From an uncultured Nocardia sp. (GTDB lineage Bacteria > Actinomycetota > Actinomycetes > Mycobacteriales > Mycobacteriaceae): a DNA stretch of 64,000 nt. Position 1 is the first letter of the stretch; every line of letters begins with the position of its first letter. The stretch is taken from contig CBJNFW010000003.1 in NCBI GenBank assembly GCA_966435935.1, forward strand, positions 24,224-88,223. Reading direction: 5' to 3'. The notes below the pieces were generated by a model. It was not told where the DNA came from and made no database searches. It saw only the letters and a list, made by a program, of their open reading frames with translations. Both the position numbers and the translations under genes were made by a program. Positions 28,144 to 36,028 of this stretch are shown in pieces.

Positions 28144-28200
28144 GAAGCGGAGGCCGAAGATACAGCCACGCCGTAGCGAAGCGGAGGCCAAAATTACAGC
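28144..28200. repeat. interspersed short element, tandem copies A and B
   Basis: Minus-sense GGCTGTATCTTCGGCCTCCGCTTC (28167-28144) and GCTGTAATTTTGGCCTCCGCTTC (28200-28178), 34-nt period. The sfnB TAA stop (28196-28194) lies inside copy B. Confidence 0.6.
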
Positions 28201-29414
28201 ACTCCATGTAAGGGCGGCGGGGTGTCGTGCAGCAGGGCGCGGCCCAAGTGCTGGTACTTCCAGCGCACCGGATCATGCAGGGTATGGGTGCGGGCGTTGC
28301 GCCAGAAATGGTCCAGATTGAGATCCGCTGCGGCACTGCGTGTTCCGCTGACCTCGAACAGGGCGGCGGACACCTCGGTCGCGGCCCGGTCGGCGAGGAT
28401 CTTGGCCGCCGCCACCGCGAGCGAGGCCCGCGCGACGACGTCCTGTCCCGGATCCGGGCTCGCGGTGGCGGCGTCCACGGCCAGTCCGGCGGCGGTCAGG
28501 GTGGCCTCGGCGGCGGTCACCGCGACCGACAGCTCACCGATGCGCTGAATCAGCAGTGGATCGTCGATGGCGCGTTCGACCCGCGCCTCGAACCACGGAC
28601 GACTACTGGTGCGCACGAATTGTGTTGCCGCGCCGAGTGCTCCGCGCGCGATACCGGCATCGATCGCCACGTGCAGCAATTGGGCGAACGCCCCGTATCC
28701 GGTCGGTGCGCGCACCGCCGAATCCCGGGCGACGAGTTGCCCGGCCTCGACCCGGACACCGTCGAATCGGACCGTGCCACTGCCGGTCGTGCGCTGCCCC
28801 AAGCCATTCCAGTCGTCGACGATCTCGACGCCCGGACTGCTCGCCGGGAGGAATGCCACGTACTCCCCCGGGCGCAGTCCGGTGCGTCCCTCCGGATCGT
28901 CCAGCCGGGCCAGCACCGCGAGAATTCCCGCGAAAAGCGAACCGGTGCAGTAGTACTTGGTTCCGTCGACGCGCAACCCCGGCCCATCCGGACGCAGCGT
29001 GGTGGCCACCTCGGCAACCGTCGCGCCACCCCGTTCGGACTGGGCGTTGGCGATCTGCGCACTGTCGAGCACCTGCGCGAAATACCGCTGCCGCTGATCC
29101 GGCGATCCGGCCAGCCGCAGCAAATTCAGATAGACGAAGTGACTGTGCGGAATCTGCGCGATATTGGGGTCCGCGACCGCGAGAGTTCGCACCACTTCGG
29201 CCAATTCACTCGGCGGCAGATCCGCGCCGCCGTGCGCGGCGGGGACGGTGACGGCCAGCAGTCCGCTGGCCGCCAGCCGCTCCACCTCGCCATAGGGCAA
29301 CTGCCGCAAGCGGTCCCGCTCCGCGGCGGTAACGGCGAACTGCGCCGCCAGCTCCCGCGCCACCTGCCGGGCGTGCCCGGCGGAGGTGATGCGTTGTGCC
29401 GCTGTGGCCGTCAT
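28194..29414 (-). CDS. sfnB: SfnB-family sulfur-acquisition oxidoreductase (acyl-CoA dehydrogenase fold)
   Basis: ACAD-like fold, N-terminus ...ARELAAQFAVTAAERDRLRQLPYGEVERLAASGLLAVTVP. Immediately downstream of, and overlapping by 1 nt with, the sfnG homologue. Confidence 0.8.
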   Translation of the reverse strand: MTATAAQRITSAGHARQVARELAAQFAVTAAERDRLRQLPYGEVERLAASGLLAVTVPAAHGGADLPPSELAEVVRTLAVADPNIAQIPHSHFVYLNLLRLAGSPDQRQRYFAQVLDSAQIANAQSERGGATVAEVATTLRPDGPGLRVDGTKYYCTGSLFAGILAVLARLDDPEGRTGLRPGEYVAFLPASSPGVEIVDDWNGLGQRTTGSGTVRFDGVRVEAGQLVARDSAVRAPTGYGAFAQLLHVAIDAGIARGALGAATQFVRTSSRPWFEARVERAIDDPLLIQRIGELSVAVTAAEATLTAAGLAVDAATASPDPGQDVVARASLAVAAAKILADRAATEVSAALFEVSGTRSAAADLNLDHFWRNARTHTLHDPVRWKYQHLGRALLHDTPPPLHGVL

Positions 29415-30529
29415 CAGCCCGCCACAGCCGCCGGAGCGCGCTGCGCCTCGAGTTCGCGCACCAGCGGCAACACCCGCTGCCCGAAATACTCGATCTCCTC
29501 CTGGAAGTGCAGGAATCCGCCCAGGATCAGATCGACGCCGCGATCGCGGTACGCCACGATACGCTCGGCGATCTGCTCAGGCGTGCCGATCAGCCCCGTC
29601 CGGAAACCATCGTTGTACTGCACCAGATCCTCGAACGTGGAATCGGCCCACATCCCCTTGCGGTCCCCGGTCGAGGCCCCGGCCTGTTGCACGGCGTCCC
29701 GGAACCCTTCCACCGCAGGCTTGTTGGCCTTGGCGATGATCTCGCGGAGGGTGTCGTGCGCCTCCTTCTCGGTGTCGCGGGCGATGATGAACCCGTTGAG
29801 CCCGAACTTCACCTCGCGATCGTGCGCCCGCGCCACGGCCCGCAGATCGTCCAATTGTTCGGTGACACCGTCGAAATCCTTGCCGTTGGAGAAATACCAG
29901 TCGGCGAAACGTCCGCCGTTGCGGCGGGCAGCGGTGGAGTTACCGCCTTGGAAGAGTTCGGGATTCGGCCGCTCCGGCGTGTTCAGCGGTTTGGGCTTGA
30001 GCGTGAAATCGCGAATCCGGTAGAAGTCGCCGCCGTAATCGACCGCGTCCTCGGTCCAGATCTTGCGAATCACCTCGAGGAATTCCGCACTGCGCCGGTA
30101 TCTTTCGTCGTGTTCGAGCCACGGTTCGCCCAGCGCCCGGAACTCACCGGCGAACCAACCCGAGACGACGTTGATCGCGAATCGCCCATTGGACAGGTGA
30201 TCCGCCGTCGCGCCGAATTTCGCCAGCACCGCCGGATGCCACAGACCCGGGTGGATCGCAGCGATGACCTTGAGCCGCTCGGTGGCGCCGAGCAACGCCA
30301 GACTGAACGAGGTCGACTCGTGCTGGAACTCCGCACCGTACGAGGCGGTGTAGCGAACCTGGGACAGCGCGTACTCGAAGCCGTTGTTCTCCGCGGTGCG
30401 GGCCAGCTTCTTGTTGTATTCGAAATCCCACGACGTGCGCTGCTCGATATCGCTCGTGACCAGGCCGCCACTGACATTGGGCACCCAGTAGGCGAACCGG
30501 GTCTGCTCGGCAATCTTTTCGGTACTCAC
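29414..30529 (-). CDS. sfnG: FMNH2-dependent dimethylsulfone monooxygenase SfnG
   Basis: FAYWVPNVSGGLVTS...YNKKLARTAENNGFEYALSQVRY...GRFAINVVSGWF...GIPEQ-type LLM C-terminus matches SfnG as I know it. Start at GTG 30529 with a GGGAGCAGGA RBS. Confidence 0.85.
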   Translation of the reverse strand: MSTEKIAEQTRFAYWVPNVSGGLVTSDIEQRTSWDFEYNKKLARTAENNGFEYALSQVRYTASYGAEFQHESTSFSLALLGATERLKVIAAIHPGLWHPAVLAKFGATADHLSNGRFAINVVSGWFAGEFRALGEPWLEHDERYRRSAEFLEVIRKIWTEDAVDYGGDFYRIRDFTLKPKPLNTPERPNPELFQGGNSTAARRNGGRFADWYFSNGKDFDGVTEQLDDLRAVARAHDREVKFGLNGFIIARDTEKEAHDTLREIIAKANKPAVEGFRDAVQQAGASTGDRKGMWADSTFEDLVQYNDGFRTGLIGTPEQIAERIVAYRDRGVDLILGGFLHFQEEIEYFGQRVLPLVRELEAQRAPAAVAG

Positions 30530-30647
30530 TCCTGCTCCCAGTGGTGTCGGCCGGATCCTGCGCCCTCGTTGACCGGGCACCGCGTGCGCCCTTCACTTCA
30601 GCACCACGCGTTGCCCGGCACGAGGTTTTGAATCAGCGGTATTTTTG

Positions 30648-30794
30648 GATGTGTTCGCGGCCTCCGCTTCGCTCCCCGCTCCGTCGGTCCGGAATCGACC
30701 CGGGCCGCGGCCTTCGGAGTTGACGTTGTCCGGAGCGAGCGAGCCTGGGTGAATGACGGCGAGGCGTGGAAGCGGGGGGCGAAGCTCGGGTAGG
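30648..30794. repeat. composite of interspersed-element copies (E, H, G) forming a long imperfect hairpin
   Basis: E (30648-30683) GATGTGTTCGCGGCCTCCGCTTCGCTCCCCGCTCCG. Inverted degenerate copies H (30730-30759) and G (30768-30794). Arms GCTTCGCTCCCCGCTCCG and CGGAGCGAGCGAGC can pair across ~47 nt. Confidence 0.5.
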
Positions 30795-32168
30795 TCAGGA
30801 GACCTGGGCGGCCGCGCTGTACGTCGAACGCTCGAAGCGGCCGGCCGGGGCGAATTCGGCCAGCACGTCGTCGGCCTTGGCGCCGGTTACCTGTTCGATG
30901 TACTCGTCCGCCGCCGCCACGGTGTCGATGCCGAGGAACGGCTGCGGGCGGTGCAGCAGGGAGACCAGCGCGGAGGCGAACTTCTTGTTCACCGCGGCGG
31001 CCGGGAAGAACCGGTTGGCGACGTCGCCCAGTTCCGGATCACTCAGGAACAGCCGGGTCGCGTGACTGGCCGCATCGGACCGGAAGTTCAGGAAGTCCTG
31101 GTATTGCGCCTCGAGCCAGGCGCGATCGAACGCACCCTCGTGTGCCGCCGCGGCCGCGACCAGGCGCTGCGCCTGGACGAGTCCGCTCTGGGCACCCTGT
31201 CCGGCGATCGGGTCGTAGGCCACCGCGGTATCGCCGAGCGCGGCCACCAGATGTCCGTTCGCGGTCGTCCCGACGCCCTTGCGCACCACCGGACGCACCG
31301 CGCCCTTCAGCCACGAGTGCGGATCGTCCTCGAGCACCTGGGTGGAGAGCACCTCGGGCAGGTCCCAGTCGATGTAGTCGCGGTACAGCTCCTTGACGAT
31401 CTGATGCGCCGAGGCCGCGGAATCGGCGGCCGAGAAACGCTTGTCCCAGTCGCTGCCGGGCCGTGCCCAGCCCAGGAAGACCCAGGTCAGCCCGGCGTCC
31501 TTGTGCAGATACGGACCCCACCACGCCTCCCCCTGCTCGGCGAAGATCGAGAACAGGCTGTGTGCCCCGCCGGCCGGGCTCCGATGCGCGAAAACCTCTG
31601 GGCCGGTACCCAATCCGGTGAGCGTGACGGTCAGCACCTTGCGTTGCGGCTCGGAGTACACGGTGCGGTCGGTGTCCACCTCGAACAGGTCCGCGAGGCC
31701 GCCGCGACCGGTGGCGACGAGAGTCAGATCGTTGGCGGCGGCGATCTCGTCCAGCTTCTGCGGCGTCACCTGCTCGACCACGAATCGACCGCCACGCTCC
31801 GCGAACGCGGTCAGCCGCTCGTCGGCCTTGAGCCGGGTGTCCACCGCGAGACCGACGAATCCGTCGAAATCCCCGTCGAAGCCGATCAATTCGGCGTTCT
31901 CCGGCCCGGCGATACGCACGCTGAGCCCGGTGTGATTGGGCGCGCGATCGACATAGGTGTCCAGCCCGAGCGCGGCCTCGGCGGCCTGCGCCTCACCGAA
32001 CCCCAGCGCGGTGCCGGTGGCGGGGACGTCATCGCGCAGACTCTTCTGATCGCGATCACTGTAGATGGTGACTTGGAAGCCGGCGTCCAGGAGGCCGAGC
32101 GCGGCGGTAGCACCGGTCTGCCCGGCGCCGATGACAGCGGCTGTGCGAGGCGAATTCTGTTCGGTCAT
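30795..32168 (-). CDS. StyA/indole-monooxygenase-like FAD-dependent monooxygenase
   Basis: AVIGAGQTGATAALGLLDAGFQVTIYSDR, EPQRKVLTVTL and GDTAVAYDPIAGQGAQSG align by eye with the styrene monooxygenase StyA motifs. Start at ATG 32168 (MTEQNSP). Confidence 0.7.
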   Translation of the reverse strand: MTEQNSPRTAAVIGAGQTGATAALGLLDAGFQVTIYSDRDQKSLRDDVPATGTALGFGEAQAAEAALGLDTYVDRAPNHTGLSVRIAGPENAELIGFDGDFDGFVGLAVDTRLKADERLTAFAERGGRFVVEQVTPQKLDEIAAANDLTLVATGRGGLADLFEVDTDRTVYSEPQRKVLTVTLTGLGTGPEVFAHRSPAGGAHSLFSIFAEQGEAWWGPYLHKDAGLTWVFLGWARPGSDWDKRFSAADSAASAHQIVKELYRDYIDWDLPEVLSTQVLEDDPHSWLKGAVRPVVRKGVGTTANGHLVAALGDTAVAYDPIAGQGAQSGLVQAQRLVAAAAAHEGAFDRAWLEAQYQDFLNFRSDAASHATRLFLSDPELGDVANRFFPAAAVNKKFASALVSLLHRPQPFLGIDTVAAADEYIEQVTGAKADDVLAEFAPAGRFERSTYSAAAQVS

Positions 32169-32270
32169 AACGAAATTCTGCAATCGAGCGGCTCCGCGGA
32201 AGAGTGTTGTAATCACCGAGAACCAATCTGTGGAACCGGTTCGCCTCATTCGTTGTCACAGCGAAAAGCG

Positions 32271-32305
32271 CCCGAATTGTGAATTCGACATTTTCACAAT
32301 TCGGG
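32271..32305 (-). terminator. intrinsic terminator-like hairpin after the DszA-like gene
   Basis: Perfect 13-bp arms CCCGAATTGTGAA / TTCACAATTCGGG with a 9-nt loop. On the minus strand it is followed by CGCTTTTCGC. Lies 7 nt downstream of the stop at 32312. Confidence 0.6.
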
Positions 32306-32311
32306 CCCGAT

Positions 32312-33745
32312 TCAGGATTTCGCGGCGGCCGTGAGATCCGGGCGACGCACCGAGGCCGGATATGCCGTGGAACCCGGGCCGTCCAGGCGGTACCGCGCGC
32401 CCCGATGCTCACGCGGCAGCCGGTCACCCGCACCGAACAGGGCGTTGCGCAGCGTGCCCGGCACATACTCCGTCGGGTAGGCGCCCCGTTCGGTCAGCAC
32501 CGGAATCACGTGCCGCACAATATCTTCGAAGCTTCCCGGGGTGATCGCGTAGGCGAGGTTGAATCCGTCCACATCGGTCTGTTCGACCCATTCCTGCAGC
32601 CGATCGGCCACCGACTCGCCAGAGCCGACGAACACCGGTCCCATACCGCCGATCCCGGCCCAGCGCGCGATATCGCGCACGGTCCATTCCCGGCCGTCGT
32701 CGTCGAACTCCTGGAAAGCCGATACCGCCGACTGAATGGCATTGCTGTGCACCTGGCCGATCGGATCGTCCAGGTCGTATTCGGACAGATCGATCCCCAT
32801 CCACCCGGACATGAACACCAGCCCGCCCTCGACGCTCGCGTACTCCAGGTATTCCCGGTGCTTGCGTTCGGCGGCATCGTCGGTGGCATCGGTGATGATG
32901 GTGGCCAGCGCGTAGATCCGCGCCGCATACGGGTCGCGCCCGGCCTCCCGCAGCGCCGCCCGGATGCGCGAGACAATCTGTCCCAGAACGCGTTTCGACG
33001 GCGCCGCGACGAAGATCGCCTCGGCGTTCTCCGCGGCGAACCGGGTGCCTCGGGTGGATGCCCCGGCCTGGTAGATCACCGGTGTGCGCTGCGGCGAGGG
33101 CTCGGACAGATGGATTCCCGGAACCGTGTAATGCGTGCCGTAATGCCCGATATGGTGCACCTTGCCGGGATCCACGTAGATCCCGGCCTCGGCGTCGCGC
33201 ACCACCGCGTCCTCCTCCCAGGAGCCCTCCCAGAGCTTGTAGAGCACCTCGAGATATTCGTCGGCCCGGTCGTAGCGGTCGTCGTGGTCGAGTTGGTCCG
33301 CCGCACCGAAATTCCTCGCGGCCGAGGGCAGATACCCCGTCACCACATTCCAGCCCAGGCGTCCGCCGGTGAGATGGTCCAGCGTGGACAGCCGCCGGGC
33401 GAACGGGTAGGGATGCTCGAAACCCGTGCCGGTCGTGATGCCGAAGCCGAGATGCGTTGTGACAGCGGCCATCGCGGAGACCAGCAGCAGCGGATCGGAC
33501 AGCGGGATCTGCGCGCCCTGCCGCAGCGCGGCGGTGTCGTCACCGCCGTAGACGTCGTAGGTGCCCAGCACGTCGGCGATGAAGATGCCGTCGAATCGCC
33601 CGCGCTCGAGCAGTTTCGCGATTTCGGTCCAGTAGCTCAGTTCGGTGTACCGGTGCGACTGGTCCTGTGGGTGACGCCACAGCCCCGGGGATTGGTGCGC
33701 AACGCAATTCATGTCGAAGGCGTTGAACCTGATCCGCCGGGTCAT
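32312..33745 (-). CDS. NtaA/SnaA/DszA-family FMN-dependent monooxygenase
   Basis: RFNAFDMNCVAHQSPGLWRHP...DGIFIADVLG...GRLGWNVVTGY...DHDDRYDRADEYLEV, the hallmark of the nitrilotriacetate monooxygenase A / DszA group. Confidence 0.85.
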   Translation of the reverse strand: MTRRIRFNAFDMNCVAHQSPGLWRHPQDQSHRYTELSYWTEIAKLLERGRFDGIFIADVLGTYDVYGGDDTAALRQGAQIPLSDPLLLVSAMAAVTTHLGFGITTGTGFEHPYPFARRLSTLDHLTGGRLGWNVVTGYLPSAARNFGAADQLDHDDRYDRADEYLEVLYKLWEGSWEEDAVVRDAEAGIYVDPGKVHHIGHYGTHYTVPGIHLSEPSPQRTPVIYQAGASTRGTRFAAENAEAIFVAAPSKRVLGQIVSRIRAALREAGRDPYAARIYALATIITDATDDAAERKHREYLEYASVEGGLVFMSGWMGIDLSEYDLDDPIGQVHSNAIQSAVSAFQEFDDDGREWTVRDIARWAGIGGMGPVFVGSGESVADRLQEWVEQTDVDGFNLAYAITPGSFEDIVRHVIPVLTERGAYPTEYVPGTLRNALFGAGDRLPREHRGARYRLDGPGSTAYPASVRRPDLTAAAKS

Positions 33746-34962
33746 TTCCCGGCCTCCTGGGTTCCGCGCGCGCCCGCACTCCAGGCGAAGGGCAGGGCGG
33801 TTCCGTTGAGCAGGTGATCGCCGATGGCACGGGCCTTCTGGATCGCCGGATTGTGCACCGAGATGGTGCGGGCGTTGCGCCAGTGCCGATCCAGCCGCAG
33901 CTGCTCGGACACGATCGACGCGCCGCCGACCTCGAACAACTTGGTAGTGGCCGCCAGCACGATATCGATCACGCCCAGCTGCGCCTGCGCGGCCGCGAGT
34001 TCCAGTGCCACCAGCGCGTTCTCATCGCTGGCACCGGAATCGAGCACCTCGTCCAGCCGATCGGCCACGGCCAGCACGGTGGCGCGGGCGGTGAACGCCG
34101 CGGCCGAGAGCTGGCCGATCACCTGCTGCACCAGCGGATCCTCCCGCGGCAGATCGGCGGCGGCGTGCGTGTAGGTGCGGGTGCGTTCGGAAACCCAGGC
34201 GCGCACGTCGAGTTCGGCGCGCTGGGCGATGCCCGCCAGCACGGCGAGCTGCACCAGCTGCAGGTAGGCGGTGGCGTAGGTGGCCCCCGGCCCGCCGTAC
34301 CCCGGCCCGAGGATCCGGTCCTCGGCGACCGCGACGTTATCGAATTCGGTTGTGCCGCTTGCGGTCAGCCGCTGTCCGAAACCATCCCAGTCGTCGTGCT
34401 GCCGGACTCCGTCGGCGTCGGCGTCGACCAGGATCGAAACCCGCTCGCCGTCCTTGTCCGCCGCCACCAGGATGTGATCGGCGTACAGCGAACCCGTGCT
34501 GTAGTACTTCACGCCGTTCAACCGCCAGCCCGAACCCTCGGGCGTCAGGGCCGTCCGGTACCGATCCACCGCGCCCACGCCGGGTTCGGTGATCGCGTTG
34601 CCGACCAACGTTCCGTTCGCCACCGCCCGCAGCCACTTCTGGCCGGTCGCGGACGACTGTGCCAGCAGCTGATCCTCGACGAACGAGAAGTGCACCCGAA
34701 GGGCTTGTGGCAGATTCGATTCCGCCGCGGCGAGATCGATCAGCAAGCCGAACAGCTGACGCGCGCTCGCACCGTAGCCGCCGAATTCGACGGGCACCCG
34801 CAGCGCGCCGAACTTCGCCTCGCGCAGCCAGCCCACCTCCTCGTACGGCAGGCGGCGGTCGATCTCGCGCTGTAGGGCGCCGGCGGCGATCCGGTCGAAG
34901 ATGGGCGCGAAGATCTCGGTGAGCTCGCGATCGGTGGTGGTGCGTGCGGCGGTGGAGGTCAT
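33742..34962 (-). CDS. acyl-CoA dehydrogenase-fold monooxygenase (DszC/SfnB-like)
   Basis: ACAD fold (GNAITEPGVGAV...WRLNGVKYYSTGSLYADHILV...DDWDGFGQRLTASGT). Start at ATG 34962. Overlaps the DszA-like start by 4 nt. Confidence 0.8.
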   Translation of the reverse strand: MTSTAARTTTDRELTEIFAPIFDRIAAGALQREIDRRLPYEEVGWLREAKFGALRVPVEFGGYGASARQLFGLLIDLAAAESNLPQALRVHFSFVEDQLLAQSSATGQKWLRAVANGTLVGNAITEPGVGAVDRYRTALTPEGSGWRLNGVKYYSTGSLYADHILVAADKDGERVSILVDADADGVRQHDDWDGFGQRLTASGTTEFDNVAVAEDRILGPGYGGPGATYATAYLQLVQLAVLAGIAQRAELDVRAWVSERTRTYTHAAADLPREDPLVQQVIGQLSAAAFTARATVLAVADRLDEVLDSGASDENALVALELAAAQAQLGVIDIVLAATTKLFEVGGASIVSEQLRLDRHWRNARTISVHNPAIQKARAIGDHLLNGTALPFAWSAGARGTQEAGK

Positions 34963-35085
34963 ACCCGAACGATCACCCGAACACCGATTTCGCTCACGGT
35001 TTACGCGCAGCCGGATCGAAACACACCGGGGACGCACGCCGCGGGGCCCCGCCCGGATTCCGGACGGGGCCCCGCGGATTCGAAA

Positions 35086-35787
35086 TTACTTCGCCGGGGT
35101 GAACGGCGCGTTGATCGTCTGGAAGTACTGCACCGCGGCCGCGATCGCGACCGGTGCGGTCACCAGCAGCTGGCCCGCGAGGGTGCCCAGCGCGCCGACG
35201 GCGATGATGCCGCCGAGGCAGCCGATCGCGGCGGCCGGGATGAACGCACCGAACAGGCCGATGATGGCCGCGGAGGACACGGTCGCACCCGCGATGCCGC
35301 CGAGCACACAGCCCACGGCGCCACCGGCCAGACCGCCGACCAGGGTGCCGATGGTGGCACCGGTGGCGATGGTGTCCTTCATGCGGTTCCAGGCCGCCTG
35401 CTCACGGTCGTACGGGGTCTTCCACGGCGCGGTGTTCTGATACGGCAGATCGACCGGCTTGTAGACCGCGTGCTGCATGTCGAACTGCGGGGTCAGCGTC
35501 GCGGTGTGGCCCGCGATGTTCGCGGCGATCGGGAATTCGAAATCGTCGACCCGGACCTTCAAATCGGTTCCGGCGACAGTCTTTCCGTTGGCGGCCTTGA
35601 TCTTGAAGACGCCGTTCTCGACATCCATGGAACCGGCGTCGGTCTGGACGACCGATGCGGTCGGCGTGGTCCACGCCTTGAAGTTGACCGCCTCCGGCGC
35701 ACTCTGCTGCGGAGCGGCGTTGACGCCTCCGGCGGTGACGCCGAGTGCCGTTGTCACGAGAGCCGCGACCACCGCGAACTTCCTCAT
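35086..35787 (-). CDS. secreted protein with C-terminal glycine-zipper membrane domain, tandem paralogue 1
   Basis: Signal peptide MRKFAVVAALVTTALGVTAGGVNA, beta-rich domain (ENGVFKIKAANGKTVAG), then ~90 aa of GxxxG/AxxxG repeats ending INAPFTPAK. Start at ATG 35787 (GTG 35793 possible). Confidence 0.7.
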   Translation of the reverse strand: MRKFAVVAALVTTALGVTAGGVNAAPQQSAPEAVNFKAWTTPTASVVQTDAGSMDVENGVFKIKAANGKTVAGTDLKVRVDDFEFPIAANIAGHTATLTPQFDMQHAVYKPVDLPYQNTAPWKTPYDREQAAWNRMKDTIATGATIGTLVGGLAGGAVGCVLGGIAGATVSSAAIIGLFGAFIPAAAIGCLGGIIAVGALGTLAGQLLVTAPVAIAAAVQYFQTINAPFTPAK

Positions 35788-36028
35788 CTTCACTTTATTT
35801 GTTCCCTCATCATCGAACAACAGGACTGAGGCGCTGCACCGCCTCCGTATCCGGCAGATCTCCGGCACGGAATCCGCGAGGCGCCGACGCACAGAGCCTC
35901 ACTCCGGACCCGCCTCGCGCCGGTCTGCATTCCTGCGCGAGGCGGTGTCCCCCCGGTGCGTTGGCACCGGGTCGGATCCACCGATCGAGTCGCCGCCGAG
36001 CTCAGTGGCGACTCGATAACGGTGAATG

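Noticed and set aside
32277-32299. CRP/FNR-like site TGTGA...TCACA inside the 32271-32305 palindrome.
   Set aside because: The spacer between TGTGA and TCACA is 11 nt, not the canonical 6. The position right after a stop codon with a following T-rich run fits an intrinsic terminator better.
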